Origin: Klebsormidium nitens
Lineage: Eukaryota; Plantae; Klebsormidiophyceae
Direction: 5' to 3'
DNA: 64,000 nt
NCBI GenBank assembly: GCA_000708835.1
Contig: DF237125.1
Coordinates: 62,001 to 126,000, forward strand
The notes under the pieces were generated by a model. It was not told where the DNA came from. It saw only the letters and a program-made list of their open reading frames with translations, and ran no database searches. A program made the translations under genes and the position numbers. Each line of letters opens with the position of its first letter. Position 1 is the first letter of the stretch. Below are positions 1-10,701 of the stretch, piece by piece.

Positions 1-534
1 TCAGGCGCCCCTCGCGCTACTCACTTCTCAGAGATTCATACTCATTTTCTTGCCGATCTGAGACAGGATTGAAACACTGCCAAACTCTTTGAGAATTTTA
101 CGGCCAGGCCCTATATTGAAAAGAGTCAAGGGTTTAAGAGTCGCGTGGATCCAAAGACGTACGTCAACTTCGTCGGACGGAAGGAGTATCTGCATTGAAC
201 TTAGGAAAAACTTTCGTGATTGCAATGTCCTGACAAGCTCTCTGCGCCGTTCAGAAACTGAAGATCAAGTCTCAAGCGCCGCCGCTCTACTACGCAAGTC
301 TGACCACCCCAAGTAATTCACAGCGGCACGACTATATACGGAAAATTCTACAAACTAAGGTTTTCGTGCAATCACTGATCAAAAACATCCGGGCACACGC
401 TCCAGATTCCTGTGCTGGTTTTGGGCTCTTTTCCCTGGCAACAACAAAAGGAAGGTTCGACGTCGTCGCAAAACAGCAAAAGAAGGGGCGCTTTTTTAGG
501 GACACCGCCACCTCACAAAAATGACGTCACGCAC

Positions 535-3500
535 CTCCTGGGCGACCTCGCTTCCGGCAACAACGGGCGGCTTCTCGTCCTTGTCAGCGAATTTGCCGGC
601 CACGTTCAGGAGGACGAGCCCCTTAACCAGTTCCGGGTTCTTGGCCGCGGTCGACAGAACGGTGAAGCCTCCGATACTGCAGCCACGTGGCATGTATTCT
701 CGCCCTGATTTTTGCGCTGCTTGACTTACGGATGTTCGGCTTGACTCACGAATGTTCAGGGAACGAGCTGTTGCGCGCACACAGGAGTCAAGTTTCTAAC
801 AACCGAGATGTACGGCTACTGACCGCTTGAGAGTGAGAGACTGATTGCTTTCAGATTAACTAGAAGCTTTCATAGTGCTCAGAGATTCGTGCTGACCTGT
901 TTCAAATGTCGCCAGCAAAAACCGCGACTAGCGAGGGGGGGGCAAACAGAACAGAGAATCCAGTTGCGCTTTGATTAATCGAAGAACGTCAGGTGCCGCG
1001 TAACCTGCTTCTTCTTTCCTGACGACTCTATCTGTTTCCAACGAAGTCGCTTAGTCAGCCAAACGGATAATACGCACTTCACGAAAAGACAACGAACTAA
1101 CCCACCCCGAGGGTCCTGTCCAACTCAATAACACTGAAAAGCAGAAGAGAAGAAGAGTTGAAAATCTGAGTGAGAAGAACGTGCCCCAAGAAGGTACCTG
1201 TTTCCAGCCAAGACAACCGGCCCCCCGCCCGCCTTTTCCCTGATGAAGTCCGCAACTTGATCCCGCCATAGCGCGGCGTTGTAATCAACCAGCGCCTTGT
1301 CGCTCCAGCCGAAACCCAGTAGGTCGAGTGCATAAACCTTGTGCTTTTTGGCTAGCTCGGGGATGTTGTACCTGCAGAATCGGACCGGATTCCACTCAGA
1401 TTGCGGCTTATGATGGTTCAAAATGAACAGTTCCCCTTCAGATCGCAGCTTACAATGGTTCGACTTAGACATTCGACATGGTGGTTTCGCCAGACTGTAA
1501 TACGCACAAAAGATAAGATGAAAAAAGTCGGAGCGACATGTGAACTTGGTTTATAAAAGGGGCGCGCCCGTTGCAAACTCCATCTTTTGCAACGAACAGC
1601 CAAGCGACCGTACAACCAGACAAGCATCTTTACACTCGTTACTCCAACGACTAAGCATTGGTCAAACAGGATAAGAGCAAACAGGGTTCAGGCGTGCGGG
1701 TCAAGACCAAACCCTGTCTTAAAACTCCCTAGGGAGACCCGTCGCCTCCTCCCCGGCTTTCCACAAGGCGCCGAAATACCTCGACCGCAGAACCTGCTTC
1801 CATACGAAGCCAACCTTTGCAACATGGCAAAAATTGCTACTGATACAAAACAATACCTCCAAACCCTAGAACCCTAAAAACCTAAAACCCTAAAACCCTA
1901 AAACCCTAAAACCCTAAACCCTAAAACCCTAAAACCTCCGAACTAATGTCCACAGCCTTTCATGTCAAACCTATGGGCTCACCTCCAATGGAACGCGCTC
2001 GCCCCAAAGCCATGTACCAGAACAATAGGTGGGCCCTCCCCTTCTTCTATGTAATGTATCTTGTGCCCTCGCCACTTCCAGTAGTTGTACCCCTCCGGCT
2101 TGAAGGGAACCGCCGCTGACGGTGGAAACAGTAGTGACGTCAGCAAAGGACGTCAGGCAGGGACTTGCACTTGATGCTCCAAGTGAGGTGAAACTAGAAA
2201 GAATGGAACATCGGCAGGTTTTATTGTGACGATTGGGTTATGGTTAAGTCTAATCGCACTATCGCACAGGTGGTAACCTTCGGGTTTTGCCAGTTTGCTC
2301 GTGTCGGCATGTGGCCAGTTATTGATGTGGCATATCCAATACCTGGATAGTTCCATATTCAATCCTGCCAATCAGTACCCTATCTTATCTTGCACACAAG
2401 AACGGCACCCCTTTCAGCGCACTTGCGAGGTGCCTGGACCTTCTCTGAGCCCCCTGCTCACCAGATTATACCACCACAACTCCCAGTTGCGTTAGCCTAA
2501 CCCAAAAAGATACTGCCCCTTTAACACCTTGCTTCCCTTTTGACACACCCCCCGGTTCAAGCCCCCATAATAAGCACCCTTTGTCCATCCTTTCATTGAA
2601 GCTGGCCCTCTGGAAAATCAGACGAGCAGTCTTGGCTTGTTCCAAACAGCCGAGGCATAACCAAGTCATAATACTGACGGTTGAGAAGGATATGGAAAAC
2701 TGGCCCGAAAAACTAACAAAAAAGGGAACACCGGCGTATGAATCACCTGGCTGCGCTGTGGCTGAGGACGGGACCGCCACGCCGCTCGTCATTGCGACAA
2801 TTGCGCCGGCAGCGGCTCCCTTTCTCAAAATATCGCTTCTGCTGGGCCGGAAATTCTGACTGTCTGCACCAGTCAAACAGGCTTCACATGAGTTTAATAA
2901 AACGTTACAAAGATCAAAGCTCGGGTGACCTGGGCTCATGTGCGTTCACTTTACCAAAATTGCGCATTCTGCTTCAAGCGAGTTTTACGCCCCAGCGAAG
3001 AATGATGTCTTTAGGGGAGACACTATTGGCCGCTGACAAGAAGTTTCTGTGCTGAGACGTTTCTTTATGCAAAGGGTGTCTCTTCATTTGAATCAAGCTG
3101 CCCAAATATATGTAAGGGAGTGGAAATTCGGGGAGCACAGACCAATTGCTCTTTCCAGCGTATCAGCAGCGTATCAGCAGAAAATGTTCAAAAACACCGG
3201 AGCTCTGTATGGCGCCCCCAGACCTCAGCCATTTGCGGTGTCTGGGCTCGTCTCCACTTCAACTAATTTCAGGGGATAAGATCAAATTCTGTGCACATGA
3301 CAATCTCAACCTTTGCAGGACTAGGCGAGATCATTTGAGTTTTCGCCACCACAGCTAGTAAACCCCGCCGCTTATGATGGCTTTGCAAGCGCGAGCCAGT
3401 GGCGCAGATAGTCATAAAACTCAGCCACTTGCTATGCAGTATAGCCGGAAGCGCGAGCAAGTTGCCTCAAAAAAACCTTGGTTCAGAGCATGATTACAAC

Positions 3501-3951
3501 CTTCTCACAATCACACGTCTGATGCGCACCTGATGAACGCGTCAACCTAAAACCCCACGCTTCTTACTGAAGCCACAATATAGTCGGCCAACCAGAATGA
3601 GCGGAAGCAGATGATCGGATCCCACTTGTGACTTTCAGCCAGACATGCAGTCCCTTTCCTTCACATGAGGTTTGCCCAAACTCAAGTGCGACAATACTCA
3701 CCAGCTAATTGCACACCAAAACACCGCCGCCTCTCCACGCCCGCAAAGCGCCTCCCCAACAGCTGCGAATGCGCCGACTTCAAACTGCACGCTGCTGACT
3801 GTGATCCGGCTCTCCGTGCTAAGAAACGCGGCAATGCTGACCAAGAGTGGACACTCTGCGCGCGTGCTGCGGAAGGCTGTTTGCAGTCCACGGTAGCTGC
3901 TCTGAAAGAAAGTTGGGACAGTGGTAAGCCTGCGACGCTCGTGGCCGCCAT
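535..3951 (-). CDS. Alpha/beta-fold hydrolase, probably plastid-targeted; 3' end lies beyond the left edge of the window
   Basis: Phase-consistent GT-AG exons 3702-3951, 2747-2863, 1983-2115, 1198-1371, 535-676. Spliced product reads ...PFKPEGYNYWKWRGHKIHYIEEGEGPPIVLVHGFGASAFHWRYNIPELAKKHKVYALDLLGFGWSDKA...LAGNSIGGFT, which has the HGF oxyanion motif and a GNSIGG nucleophile elbow. The N-terminus is Ser/Ala/Arg-rich like a transit peptide. Confidence 0.92.
1861..1937 (+). repeat. Interstitial telomeric repeat array, about 9.5 units of (AACCCTAA)n, i.e. (TTTTAGGG)n on the minus strand, inside a hydrolase intron
   Basis: Read directly: AAACCCTAG AACCCTAA AAACCTAA AACCCTAA AACCCTAA AACCCTAA AACCCTA AACCCTAA AACCCTAA AACCT. 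Confidence 0.93.
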
Positions 3952-4472
3952 GTTGAAAGCCACAGAGAGAAGCAAGAGAGACCACGGTCAAGAAGGAAGC
4001 TTGGAGCAAAAGAGCCTCGTAGGGAGAAAGCGAAAGCGGTGGTTTAGCGCTTCTTGAGGCGTCGAGCTACCCAAGCTGCCGCACAAAACGCCAATGCCGC
4101 ATGCAAATCCTCTGCGCCTAGAAAGAGAACTTTGTGCGGTGCTTTTTCAAACTTCTTGCTTCCACGTAGGAAAGCTTGCATCGGACGGACTTAAAAGGCA
4201 GCACGCTTCTCAATCGACGGTTTGAAAGCAGCCACGGAGTCGTCCTTCGCACTAATTTCTTGGAAGCTTGCCAAGTCAGCTTGCGGTTACGCGCTCCGGT
4301 CGGGCCGTTGCACTCACCACTACGGTAGTGTGCGGGTGGGTTTGCAGGAGAGCAGGAGCATTGTAGATAGGGATAAACTTTAATAGTAATTAGGAACTTA
4401 AGGTGCAGGAGTACGGGTGGGGTTAGTTTGGTGGTTAGGGTGGGTTCAGGTGCGGAGCATGTCATTTTGTCC

Positions 4473-4484
4473 TTAGGGTTTTAG
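4473..4484 (-). promoter_or_regulatory. Possible telo-box-like element (CTAAAACCCTAA) about 520 bp upstream of the hydrolase ATG, next to a G-rich tract (4415-4444)
   Basis: TTAGGGTTTTAG on the + strand in the divergent intergenic region. Motif match only. Confidence 0.25.
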
Positions 4485-5505
4485 TGTTGGTTAAGCCGTG
4501 GAATTGAGTACTTTCAGTACCTAAGATGCTTATGACTGTTAAGCTTTATGGTAATCTGCATTCAAGCTAGTGCTTATATGGTGCATGATACCTGCTAGGT
4601 ACTACAAAGTACACTGCAGGCCAAAACTTGCTCAGAACAGCTCGCAATCAGGAGCCTTCACTGGAGTCGGGGTACTGGTGTCCGTACAAGAATGGAGCCG
4701 CTAATTGGTCAATTGACTACAAGCTTATAGCTGGGACCATTTTTGCTTATCTCCCGCATATAGGGACCGTTCACTTCTCCGTACAATGTGGTTGTGAGTC
4801 GATCCCGAGTCGATCATGTGAGATAAACAACGAGTCATGAACGTCTTTTTCAGTCTTCGAACTGACTAGGGCAACGCCCTCAATATCCTATGCTCAGCTC
4901 CGAGTGGACCATTTGCGCCAACCCGTTTTAAAATTGCGAACCTAGGCCTATGGCCGCCAATGGCACACGTTTTACGCTTCAGTTGTTAAGTCCTGCTAGA
5001 TAGGTATCAAGCAGCACCAGATTGAGATGTACTGCAATGCTGCCATTTTTTGGAAGCGTATGTTTCACAAAGTGAGAGATAGACGGATTTACTGCTGGGC
5101 AGCACTGTCAGTTGTGACATTGATCTCTACACTGGTTCTGTGTAAAGACCTTTGAAGCACCGAAAAGTCAGCAATGCCGTCAACAAAAAGAGGTTGAAAT
5201 TCTGCAGACATAGCTATCCAACGCTGTGTTGGACCCTAAAAGAAGAGGGTGTTAGCTTCTTGCAAATCTTCAACACTTGAAGGAGTTCCCATGGGAAGGA
5301 CCGAACATCCGGAGTAATCAGTACGGAGGTTCCCACTCAATGTTCACATCGTCCAATGTTGACGCCTTGCCTATTGTCACTCACTGCGGCCATAAGACAA
5401 ACGCGATAATATAAGCTGTCACTGGTGCGCCAATGGAAGTCAGTCCAACCCAAATTCCAGAACCTACAGCTTAGGGAGTAGAATTTTCCCCGTCCGTTCA
5501 CAATC

Positions 5506-8500
5506 ATGGAGCTCTTAGACCAGCTGTTACGAAGTACACTCAGGCCGAGCAGTGTACAGACCAATCGGCGCAAATTAGCCCATGCGACGGCAGCGCTGAA
5601 GTGGGTGAGCGTAACGGGGGGAAGCGAGGAGGTCTTCCGGCGGCCCCTTGAAGAGGTGTGTCGCGTTTTAGGCACTCGTCACTCAATTTGAATGGTCGAA
5701 TATCCTCAGTCAAGGGTCTGGTTTAGAGTTTCAGCTACATAAAAGTGTGGGTCAATGAGACGGACAAGGGAGCTGACTCATCGCGCCCTGCCCATAAATC
5801 TGCACATGTGACTGGTTGCTACCAAAGAGACTCGAAAGTGAAAGTGCCGTGATAACATTCAACAACATACATCCTCCGCAAACAGCGGGTGGAAACGGCT
5901 GACTAAGAGGGATCAGGTAACGCTCGCTTGAGTTGCCGGCAAACATGCTTCTGATAGTTGGGTGACAACTCACCCACCTGAGAAGAAGCAACTCGCTGTA
6001 GTTATCCAATTTCAAAGCGACTGTCCCTGTTTGGCTGTTCCGCTCAGCATGGTATTTTTTGACCAACGAACAGACGAAAGCTGAGCCACAACTCCTTTCA
6101 GAAAGTACGGCCCAGCACAACCGGTTAAGAAGAGTCCACTTAGCATGCCGCTCGGGGATGTTTTATCAACCGGATTTTCTGATTGCCGCAGACGCCCTGC
6201 CAAAACATCCTTTCAAAGACTCGGCAATCCTGACACGAGCTCGGGGTTACAACTGTGCGCCTGACGCACATGTGCTTCCATACAACTTCGACAGGTGTTG
6301 GAGACCAGCACGAGTGGAACCAGCCGGGGACCATTCACGACTCGCCACGTGGCACCTCCGAGGCGTCATTCTGGGACTTCCAAGAAGGACGAAGAAGACG
6401 AGATCATGAGCAGTCTGATGAGGACTCGACGCTGGAGCAGCCCAGAGACTCGGCGCACGAGATGGGGGGGTACGATTAGCAGCAAAAAGGGGAGGGGGGG
6501 CGTGGACAAGCAGGAACAAAATAAAAAAAACGGCTCATTTCTACCACCCTTGAACAGGGGAAAAGTAGACGTAGACAATTTCGAAAGGGGAAGAGTGAAG
6601 AAAGCGTGGAGCGAGAAGGGGAGTGTGAAAGGAGTTGGGAAAGGGTCTGGGGTTAGGTCGCCTTTAGCAACTCTGAGCAACTTTCGGGGGGACGTTCACA
6701 CGAACAGAGCGTCGGAGAAAGTGACACTTTCAAAAATGGGTAGAAACGAGACGGCAAAGACTGAGACCGACAGAGTAAATAGCAAAACAAGGAACGGTGC
6801 TTCTAAGCAGGAAAGCCCGGAACCGAACGGGAAAAAGGAAGGCGAACCTTGTGAATGTAACAATTGTCTCGAGTGCATCTTGCGGCCGAGAAGGCGTCGG
6901 GGGAGGCCTACCGACCGTTCGATGATGGTTACACTAAGTCTTCCGGACGATGAAAGGTGGGCAATCCAAGAGACCGGAATAGAGGAAGACGGGTCAACAG
7001 AATGGGGGCATTCGGAGGGTTATTCAGACGAGAGTGGGGGCAGTTCCAGGGACTGGTCGGAGAGCGACTTCGAAGCGGAAGCCGAAACGGAGACGGGGCG
7101 GAAGAAGAGTTGGGTGGAGAGGCCGTTGACGTTGGAAGAGCTCGAGAGCGAAGGTGAGGCTGACGTCAAGTCAACTCCACGTTTAACTGAGTTTCTTCAT
7201 TCTGTAAAACGTCGTTGCTTCGTTGACGCTTCATTCCTTCCGAACGTGATGTTGCACGCTAGAAAGGTTTTGACATTGATTAAGTATTAAGAACCCGGTC
7301 CGAAGTGGTTTTATCCTAGTCGACACATTCGCCTCTTGAGACTGGTGCATGACGTCAGCCCTCATGAAACCTGCTGGAGAATACGTGCAATAACAACCCA
7401 AGCAAGACTTGAAACAGACACTCAGTTTGGAAGCTTAATTTCTCTTTCGGCAAGGCATGCAGAGTAAGGTCTTCGTGCTTACAACAGATAGCGGGAGCAT
7501 GACCTTAGAGTAATCAAAGCAATGTCAAGTCGAGTAGTGGGCAGAGCTTTTACGGATGCAGCTGAGGTTCGCATAGAACGCGTTCTCGAACCACATATCT
7601 TCGCATATCGTGGCGGTTATGGAGAAGGAAGAGGTTCAAACCCAGGTTACGAGTAACCCAGATGTAGTTGTATGTCATCTCAACCTGCAGCGCCGATGGA
7701 GGAGTACCACCGCGAGAAGCTCGAGCTGTGGTTCCGGTCGCGACCCGAGGCGGAAGCGGAAGACCCCGCGCATGAGGCCGTCGTGCACGACATCCGGTGG
7801 ATGTTCCGCCGGAATCCGCTGATGCGGCCCGGAAAGGCCACCCGGGAGACGTTCCGACGGCTGGCCTCACCGAGAGAGGCATCAGAACAGATGGTGAGAA
7901 CGCTTCTCGAATCCAAAGCTCCACATTTTCAGAGTGAACTTTGAGAAGCATGATGAGGCCCTCTCTCAGCATCGACAATCGTTGCTATCTCGTGGACTAT
8001 TGCACTGCTCATAGCCGAAAGCGTCCTTTCAATAAAACAAGCTTCCTTTAGACGATAAAAGGTTCATCGAAGTTGTTTGTTTTCATCGACCCTTAGTTTC
8101 CGTCCGTTTCTCGGCGGCCTCCTACATTTTCATGGAGAATTAAGGTACATAGTTGCCGAACAACGCTCGTCATGGATGCAGCCATGAAGGTTTGCAAGAT
8201 TCGCCTTTTTTGGGATTTAAGGAGGACTCTTTCTGACCGTCCTCCAGTGCTTAGGGTTTACGTTTGTTGCTTTCTGTTCTCACCTGTCTTTCTCGACCGC
8301 CAGGATAAGGAGGAGGCCGCGCTCCTAGCGCTCGCGTCGCAGCAGCAGCGCAAGCGCGCGCTGCGCGCGTACATCCGCAAGGAGCGCGCGGAGGCCGCGG
8401 AGCGCCTGGCGCGGCGGCGCGAGAAGGAAGAACGCGCGCGCGCGCAGGCGCGCGAGGAGGAGGAGCGGCGCGCGACGCTGCGCAGGCTGGTGGGCGGATA

Positions 8501-9254
8501 CGTGGCGGTGGAGGCGCGGCGGAAACTGCGCGAGTATCAGGGCGAACAGCAGAAGAGGGTGAGTCTGGATGAATTTGAGGAATTTCCCTAAATCTTCGAC
8601 GTATTATTCATTGGCTTCCGTTCCAATAAGCGTACGCAGGCGAAGATCAAGAAATGGATATACGTCCTGGAAAGCAACTTTAACGGTTTGAAGAGGGTGT
8701 CAATCGATTCGCTGGGCCAGGTATCCTTGCTTTTAATCCATGCCGCAATAAAGCCGGCGAGAGTGGACGAACGCAGATGCCAATGTGGACTGTGGCAGAT
8801 AACTCGTGGTATGGCCAAGAACCATTGCCCTCGTAAGGGACGACATTTTATCCGTCGTACAGGCTTCTTTTTGCCTGGATACCGTTTTAAGGGTACGGTG
8901 AATGTCAATGGGGGGCCAAAGGTTGCCAACGAATGGGCACGAATCAATTCGAATCAACCAGATGCTTTTGGATAGGTTCGCTAGATCGTTAGCCCCTGTA
9001 ACGGCGCGCACTCCAGTCCTAAGCAGGTCGCGTACAATCGATACTCATTTCGCACGCCTTACATGCTCTTGCACGTCTTTCTTACTCTTCTATGACGACT
9101 CAATTGCGCCCAAGTTGATCGTTCCCATAGCGAGCCTAATTCACCTCCTACAACTTGTCAATTGTTTGCTCTTAATGATTGAAATCCGTGTGCTTTTCTG
9201 CAGCTGCAAAAGGCGGCGGAGCTTCGCCAGAACCCCGCCACGTGGCACCAGTAG
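5506..9254 (+). CDS. Protein of unknown function (~490 aa): disordered basic/acidic region, CxCxxCxxC plus RRRGRP motif, C-terminal E/R-rich helix
   Basis: Phase-consistent exons 5506-5604, 6295-7153, 7691-7893, 8304-8558, 9204-9254 with canonical donors (gtgagc, gtgagg, gtgaga, gtgagt) and cag acceptors. The later exons are GC-rich and coding-like. I recognise no family. Confidence 0.75.
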
Positions 9255-10701
9255 CCAACCGCCAGCAACACTTTTTCCCGATGTCGATAAGTCAGTCGAG
9301 AAGTCCTTCTGTAACTAGTTGTCAGCTCAGGAGCTTTTCTGTTTCAGTACCGGCGATTGCTCGACGAAGTTATTATCAAAGGAATAAATCGCCGAGTTCT
9401 CTTGATCTGCCAGACTTTTGTCGTAATCAACTGCTTGCTCGAACCCCGCCGTGCATTCAAGCCGGCATCTAGTCCTGTCGGGTGAATTCATGTACCGTTT
9501 GCAAAAGTGCAAAATTTGAGTTTGAGCAGACGTACTTGGTGTAATTACCATTGTGGCCGTTTCTACCCGCAAGCATGTGAAAAAAGCAGTACATCCTTTC
9601 TCGATTGTGCGTGTCTTGAGTGCACAATCGGGAAGTCTCGCAAGCTAGGCTCACGGGCCCGGCACAGGCAAATTCATGCGCTCTGGAAAATCGACAGCCA
9701 TGCCTCATGCGCACCTCACATTCATTCACTCTAGCTTCAATGGCATTCTCAAGCCGCCTCCAAGACTCAAGGGTCGATGCGGCGGCAGCTCGCCACGACA
9801 TTTGTGGGTCGTGCGTACCTAGCTTTATGTCAAACACGCACGATCGGATGTGCCCGTATATGAGTCGAGGTTAACGCAGGGGCCGGCGTACCCTGACTGA
9901 AATGATATAAGTGGGGTTCAACGCGTGCAATGTTATGAGAAGTTCTGCAGACCACCTGGCACAGACCGCCGGGGTACAATGAAAACATGTCTATTAAAAT
10001 CTGGTGGGCCCGGCCCGGGTTAATGCGTTGCGATCTAAAAACCGAGATTCCTCAATGCAACCGATGAGTCTCGACGGTCTTCAGATCTCCAGTGAAGAAC
10101 CTAAATTCAAGCTCGCGTACAATTTCAGACGTCTAGCTAGAACGCCCAAATCCAAAGCGATGTCCAAACAAGGTGTTTCTTTCCAAACGGCTACTTGCTA
10201 CCACTTGAAAACCCATGTGGCGATTGCTGTGCATCTTTGCTGGAAGTAACGAGGGTTGCTGGCTGATTGTCGCGATGGATTTGCTTGCTGTGGCACAAAT
10301 GCCTACGCTATCAACGCCGCGTAGTTCCTAGCAGTCAATATTGACTTCTGTTCCAAACACCCCAAGCTAGGCGACTTATGTTTGCAGTGCTTATGCAGCA
10401 GGTCTTTCCTCGCTTTGGTGCGGTCCGCCGGTTGCTGTTTGAGTCAAACAAACTCGCCTGACCTATTCCCCTTTACACCTATCCACGTCGTGCTGACGTC
10501 TTTCCATCTTAGGGCATACAATGTCCTCAACATCGCTTTCCTTCTAACCGAGCGCCCAGACAGGCCTCTTTGCATCCTGGTCGATCTAGTAACCACGGCC
10601 ATTTGCGGCAACTCCTGCCTTCGCTCCGCCGCCCATCAGCTTACCGCCGCCCATCAGCCTTCTCCTGCTGACGTGTATATCCATTCTTCCGTACCCTTAA
10701 A

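Noticed and set aside
4415-4444. Possible G-quadruplex (GGG-T-GGGG-N15-GGG-T-GGG)
   Set aside because: Long central loop, single instance, no supporting evidence of function.
1861-4484. C-rich telomeric array and G-rich telomere-like motifs in inverted orientation, suggesting a telomere-capped insert
   Set aside because: The interval holds the first three exons of an intact gene, and the right-hand match is only ~1.5 units.
9469-9837. 122-aa minus ORF, considered as a transposon fragment
   Set aside because: No transposase or reverse-transcriptase motif recognisable.
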